Source of the DNA: Eledone cirrhosa
Taxonomy: Eukaryota
DNA: 64,000 nt
Assembly: GCA_964016885.1 (NCBI GenBank)
Contig: OZ024740.1
Location: 189,720,001 to 189,784,000, forward strand
Direction: 5' to 3'
Shown here: piece by piece, positions 58,727 to 64,000 of the stretch
Layout of the letters: every line of letters starts with the position of its first letter
Position numbering within the stretch: position 1 is the stretch's first letter
Translations under genes and position numbers: made by a program
The notes under the pieces: generated by a model
Database searches by the model: none
Seen by the model: the letters and a program-made list of their open reading frames with translations, nothing else
Told to the model about the DNA's origin: nothing

Positions 58727-60249
58727 TATAACTGTCATAATAATAATATGCATTCCTCTTCGTATATGAATTTTCTACAGTTCCCCAATGCAATAAAAGA
58801 AATTTATGTTTTATTACGGAGACGAATAAACATTATACATTTACACCATTAAATTCTGGAGGTAGACTTTTCAATTCAATCCAGTTTCCCGGCACATTCA
58901 CTACTTGTATTCTTCCATAGTTTCTAGTAGATAACGGAATTGCGAGGGAACCGTGGACAAAACGTTCATGTTCTTTGTGGTAAACATAATTTATGGACCA
59001 GTTAAATACCACATAAAAAGGGGATGCTTTTATCAATGTCTATTTTGTTGCAAGTATTCACACTCGACGTCTAGTCTGAGGAAGATTTTCTATTTCTTGC
59101 GCTAGTAATTGATGTCTTTAAAAGTTTTATGTGTGATGTTTTCCAGCAGCTGATTAAGCCATTGCAAGGAGACGGGGATCTACTGTAAAATTATGATGTA
59201 TATCAGTAAGATGTAAACTGTTTACAGCAGATATGCCAAAGCGCTCAATATATTTAATCTGTGAAAACGTCGGTACCTTTATTGACAGGATAAGACAACA
59301 GATATTGAATCCCTAAATCTTAAATTATTTCTCGCATCCACACTTTCTTATGCAGAGCCCAGATGAGTTCTTACCCTCTTGGCACAATGATTAATGAATA
59401 CTTTTCGAAACAATTTTCTAATGCTAGTTGCTTTTAGAAAAACATACTAAAATACTCCTGTACCAATCTGTATAATGAGCCGTCAACATAGTGACGTGTA
59501 TCATGAAATATGCCATATCATTTCAGCAATGCATGATAATGCAGACTGAACAGAGGAAGTGGCTATCCGTCGGAAACGAATGAGTATACTGTTCCCACGA
59601 GATCTCTCCAATATGTAATAGAATTTCTCGTGCCTGTATTGGTATTCTCAGCCAATTTCAGGCAGTTTGACAGCATCTTCGAATCCGGGAGTTAGGTCAG
59701 TTTCTTTATCCTATGGATGGACGGACGATATACGTTACCACAACAATTGCCAAAAATAAATGATGTTACTACACATAGTAATGGGCTAAATATTTCTGTA
59801 TATCTTATTTACAAGTATGTAAATGAGAGTTCAGAGTATAACATTCTATCGACCACAAACCAGCAATCATCATTCCCTTTTTGTTCTATTTCTTGAATTG
59901 GTAGTTAGATATAGATGTTACAGACATCATCATTTAGGTTTGAATAAATAATAGATGTATAAGCACATTTACTATCATGAATGGTTGAAATTAGGCATGA
60001 AAAACACAAACATGGAAACGCAAACATAGACACAAACATGTGTATGCGGATGTTTGAGCCTATATGAACAGACACACACTAGCTTCATTAGAATGTTGTA
60101 TTAAAGGCTAAATATCATTTATCAATATATTTATGATTTTTACGAAAAATTATTACTTTCTGTCAGGTTTTGCATATATTATTTCATGTAATTTATGATT
60201 GAACAAATAACTGCTTTTCATAGGTTATTGTTTGTTGCTGAGCGCTACA

Positions 60250-60885
60250 TGGTTGGAATCAGTGATGTGAAAACTTAGCTGGTGGAGACTTTCAAGTATC
60301 TGGGGACTGTGTTAACGAGTGATGGAAGCGAGGTGGTTGAATTAAGTTCAAGAATTGGAGGAGCTGGTGCAGTAATGTGCCACCTTTTACATTCGGTAAT
60401 CAGAAGAAAGGAGGTATGTGTAAAAGCCAATCTCACTATCTTCGATTCGGTATTCGTGCCTACCCGTACCTATGGTCACGAATCTTGTGTATTGACGGAG
60501 AGAATACGATCGAGAATACAAACGGAGGGTCACTGGTGTAACATTACTCGATAGAGTGCGAGTTTCGTAGATCAGAGTGTCATTCCCGGTAGATACGCTA
60601 CGTCTCCGAATTAGATCACAGATTCACTGGACTGATTTTACGGGCAAAGCCAGCCGGTAGTAAACCCAAGGGTACACCCGGAGCAAGACCCGTGGATACC
60701 ATCCATGAATTTGGATTGTTACCCTTGCGGATCAAGTCGGACAAGTAGTGGACGGTTGCTTCTGACAGGACCCACTGGAAGGAGTGTATAATGGCTCTGC
60801 TCCCACGACCCTCCCAGGAATATGTGAACGAAAAAGAAGAAGAAGAAGAAGAAAAAGAAAAAGAAGAAGAAGAAGAAGAAGAAGA
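60250..60885 (+). mobile_element. RTE-clade (Rex3/Expander-like) RT 3' end with (GAA)n tail
   Basis: VETFKYLG...RIGGAGAVM...FVPTRTYGHESCVLTERIRSRIQ. Confidence 0.8.
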
Positions 60886-61949
60886 CGACAATGTTTTAAC
60901 GATAATATTTTTATAATGGGTAGTTGTTGCAGGTTAAAGCTGGAGCTGGGATCAATTTACTCAAGTTAGAAGCAATGACTTCAGCGACATTATGCATTGT
61001 TGCGCTTTCCTTAAATATGTAGTACTAGTTGTGGTGATGATGGAAGATGTTTCTCAAGAGTAAGTAATATATTTGTTGTTGGTGTACCAGCAGCTTAGTT
61101 AAACAGTAGCATAAAGTATGCATTGGCATATTTTGCTAATTTTCTTTGTTCCTCCCATAAACCTTTCTTTGGGAATCTACTGCAGAATAGAACGTTATTA
61201 CACTACTTAGATGTATTAAGGCATATGTTGGCATATAGTACAAAATATTTGGCAAATGAAATACGATTGCAGTATTTAAAAAAAAGTAGGAATTATAGCA
61301 GACTATTCATTGTCGGTTGTTCAATATAAATCATCTAGATAACAATATTATTAGTTTTGTCCAGTTTTAAATACAACTAACTTTTACAGTCAGCATATAA
61401 AACGCTTCACCCACAAATGTAACATTATGTATGTTGTCAATGAAAAGATCATGACCCCCCAAATCATTTGAAATATTATTTATTTATCTTTTATTTTTGC
61501 ACAATGAAAACGTCTGAACTTCAAAACAACTCGTGAAGGATATGTTGAAAACCAAACCATACATAAAATTAAATAAAGAATAAAGTTTGCATTGGCTTCT
61601 GAATGAAATATTATGAAACATTTACTTTCTCATTTCTGTAAATCAGGAAAATGTATGTAGATTTGTACACTAGTTTTCTCCAACATTTACCACTAAGGCA
61701 GTAGGATCGTGTTTGAGGGAGATTTGATTACTATTTCTGTTAGGTATAACATTTATAGTGGCTCCAATGATATAAGGAAATATATTCACAAAAAGTATGT
61801 ATTTGAAGGAAAGTTTGCTAATGTTACCAGTATATCGAGGTTATAGAACTTTTACTATTTGTTTATAAAAGTGAAAAATGGGGGAGCGAGAGAGACGGAG
61901 CCAGTGACTATACGAGCATTACTGAAGTGTGTTATGACTTATTTATACA

Positions 61950-62690
61950 TCAGACTTGTAAATAAAGGCTCCAGGATAATTTCTGCAACATTGTTTATCA
62001 TGCATGCAGTTACAGGTTGGATTGATGACTCCACATTGACCATGGTAGAGTTTGATCTTGATAGGTTTAAATAGCTCTGGTAAACCATCTTTATCAGGCT
62101 ACTCGACTGAAACGATGTCATCAACATCATCTGGTAATATCCCCTCCTTGCACCATATTAGTGAGTGATAGTGAGGAAGTCCTCTCTTCTGCCAATTAAT
62201 AGTGGTCCTCCAGGCACTAAGTTCAGCAAAGAATCTTCCTTCTTTTAGAAATCAGAGGAGTTTTGTTTTCTTTTTACAATGTTCATGCTGTTCAACAACA
62301 ATTATGATTGCAACTTCATCAGTGACAAAAGCATTCGTATTCTGCGTCCATATTCTGAAGGCAGGCGTTTGTCTGTCCTGATGATGACTTTACTATCCCT
62401 AGTGCTGTTCCTGTGCACCAGTGAATATTTAAATATACTGACTTACATGTGATGTTAGTTAAGCATTTTTTGTAACGTCATTACTATGTAGAATTGCAAC
62501 CCACCATGGATATTGATATATCTCTGTCGTGCCGCCTGATTCATTTCCACCCAAATAATAAACCTGAACAAATTTGGCAAGCTTTTTTGGAAGTGCCAAA
62601 AGGTTGCCCAATACCTGAAATATTGCTTCTTTATATATAAATACATACGGAAATATCTATAATTGAATCTAAATAGATTCTTTGCTTCGT
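61950..62690 (-). pseudogene. Internally deleted Helitron Rep remnant (HUH motif region)
   Basis: Minus-strand translation WQKRGLPHYHSLIW...DDVDDIVSVE*PD...PELF...HGQCGVINPTCNCM.DKQC; upstream KVIIRTDKR...DEVAIIIV and AKFVQVYY. Confidence 0.8.
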
Positions 62691-64000
62691 AAATCAAAGA
62701 TATTGTTACCATTACTTGTCCGAATAGGGAATATATATATGTAATTCTTTGGGTGTTCATACGCTAGTTTTCAGGGTTTAGGCAGACACACAAAATCAAA
62801 AACTTTCATTTTTATATATAATGCAAACCATACAATAATGTCACCAGTTTTCACTTACATTTTTCGAATAGAATGTTAACTATGATTTTCCGTGCGTTTT
62901 AAAGGTAAGTTATATTACGGTACGGAATCGTTGATGCAGACATATTAATGGCCTCAGTGAATAGTTATTTGGTGGTAACGGACTAGTAGTTATTCATATA
63001 AAATTGAGGGAAGATAGTATTGTTTCTATTACAGATTGTTTAAGACAGCTTGAGTGGCAATCCACAATGCTACAGGTGAGAAATATTTTATTATAATCCA
63101 CCTGTAACTGTCTCTATCATATACTCCTATATAGTGTGCACTCTGAGATATAGTTTCCATGTTTCCATGTTTTGTCTCATTTAGTGGGTATTGGAACGGC
63201 TGCCGCTATATGCATCTTTATTCCACTGACCACATTAACAAATTTATATAATTATATGCATGCTGTTTTACTGGTAACATTTTTGGTTGTTTGGTTTTAT
63301 TAGGCTGGCTTTCTTTGACAGTAAATCGTATAGTATTTTAAGTTTAATTATGCATCTGTAGGTATGAGTGGTTCCGATCTATCGTTGATTTCAATGTTAA
63401 TTTCAGGGTATGTCAGACATAACCCCCTCTCCTCTATTTCGCAATAATATTTTTCTTATAATTTTATTCGTGAGTTGGCCTGTGCACTCATAATTACAGA
63501 TAATAATGCTAGTTAAGTTTATAACAAATGTCGGCTGAACTTGTTTGGAAATTCTATATCATTACATCGAAATGAATTAAGCATGTACTTACGTGTAGCA
63601 TCATGTATGAAGTTACTTAAAATAATTAAACGTGTGGAAGGTAAGATAGTAAGACGTTGAATATTCCAGTTTGTCAATGTTTCAGCTACAACTGTCAGTT
63701 ATATTGGTATCAACGGGAAAATACGACATCAATCCCTAATTTCCATTTATGTGTAATAAAGGCACGGCATATAGCTCTATGTATTTGTGCTACATTTTCT
63801 AGGAAGATATATAGAAAGCGGAGTAATGTATTGTTGTGCATTCCTTTCTCGATATATATTCATGTAAGCCATTGTATTCCGGAAAAACAAATCATTCTAG
63901 ATATATGTACATAAAAAGAACAAACCTAACTGAAACCTACAATGGTTTAAAGAGAAAAAAACATTTTATCAAAAACCCACTCGAAGTAAATAACTGTATA

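Noticed and set aside
58833-59036. ORF with faint resemblance to Pif1/Helitron helicase C-terminal motifs, or a host exon
   Set aside because: Key residues (KSQG, QLYV.SR) are absent and there is no clear splice context

Overview
AT-rich, microsatellite-saturated eukaryotic DNA. The repeat content (Nin/Deu- and V-domain SINEs, abundant (TA)n) suggests a cephalopod such as Octopus, which is an inference. I found no convincing host exon, and most listed ORFs are (TA)n/(TG)n artefacts. The window is dominated by retroelements: four Penelope-like elements (PLEs; RT and/or GIY-YIG) with inverted pseudo-LTRs, RTE, R4/Dong and L1-type fragments, SINEs and Helitron remnants. The main signal is RNA structure: about 24 type I hammerhead ribozyme (HHR) motifs in about 9 unrelated sequence families, all identified by eye. 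Nine copies sit one per unit in a non-coding ~490-540 bp tandem repeat (1.2-15.3 kb) that contains a variable (TA)n tract. This is a retrozyme-like element arranged in both orientations around a Neptune-like PLE, inside a >=10.3 kb inverted-repeat structure. Other HHRs include a compensated U3-A8 core variant, forms with a very long stem II, and a solo intact HHR island inside a 2.5 kb microsatellite. Coordinates were read by hand, so repeat boundaries are approximate.
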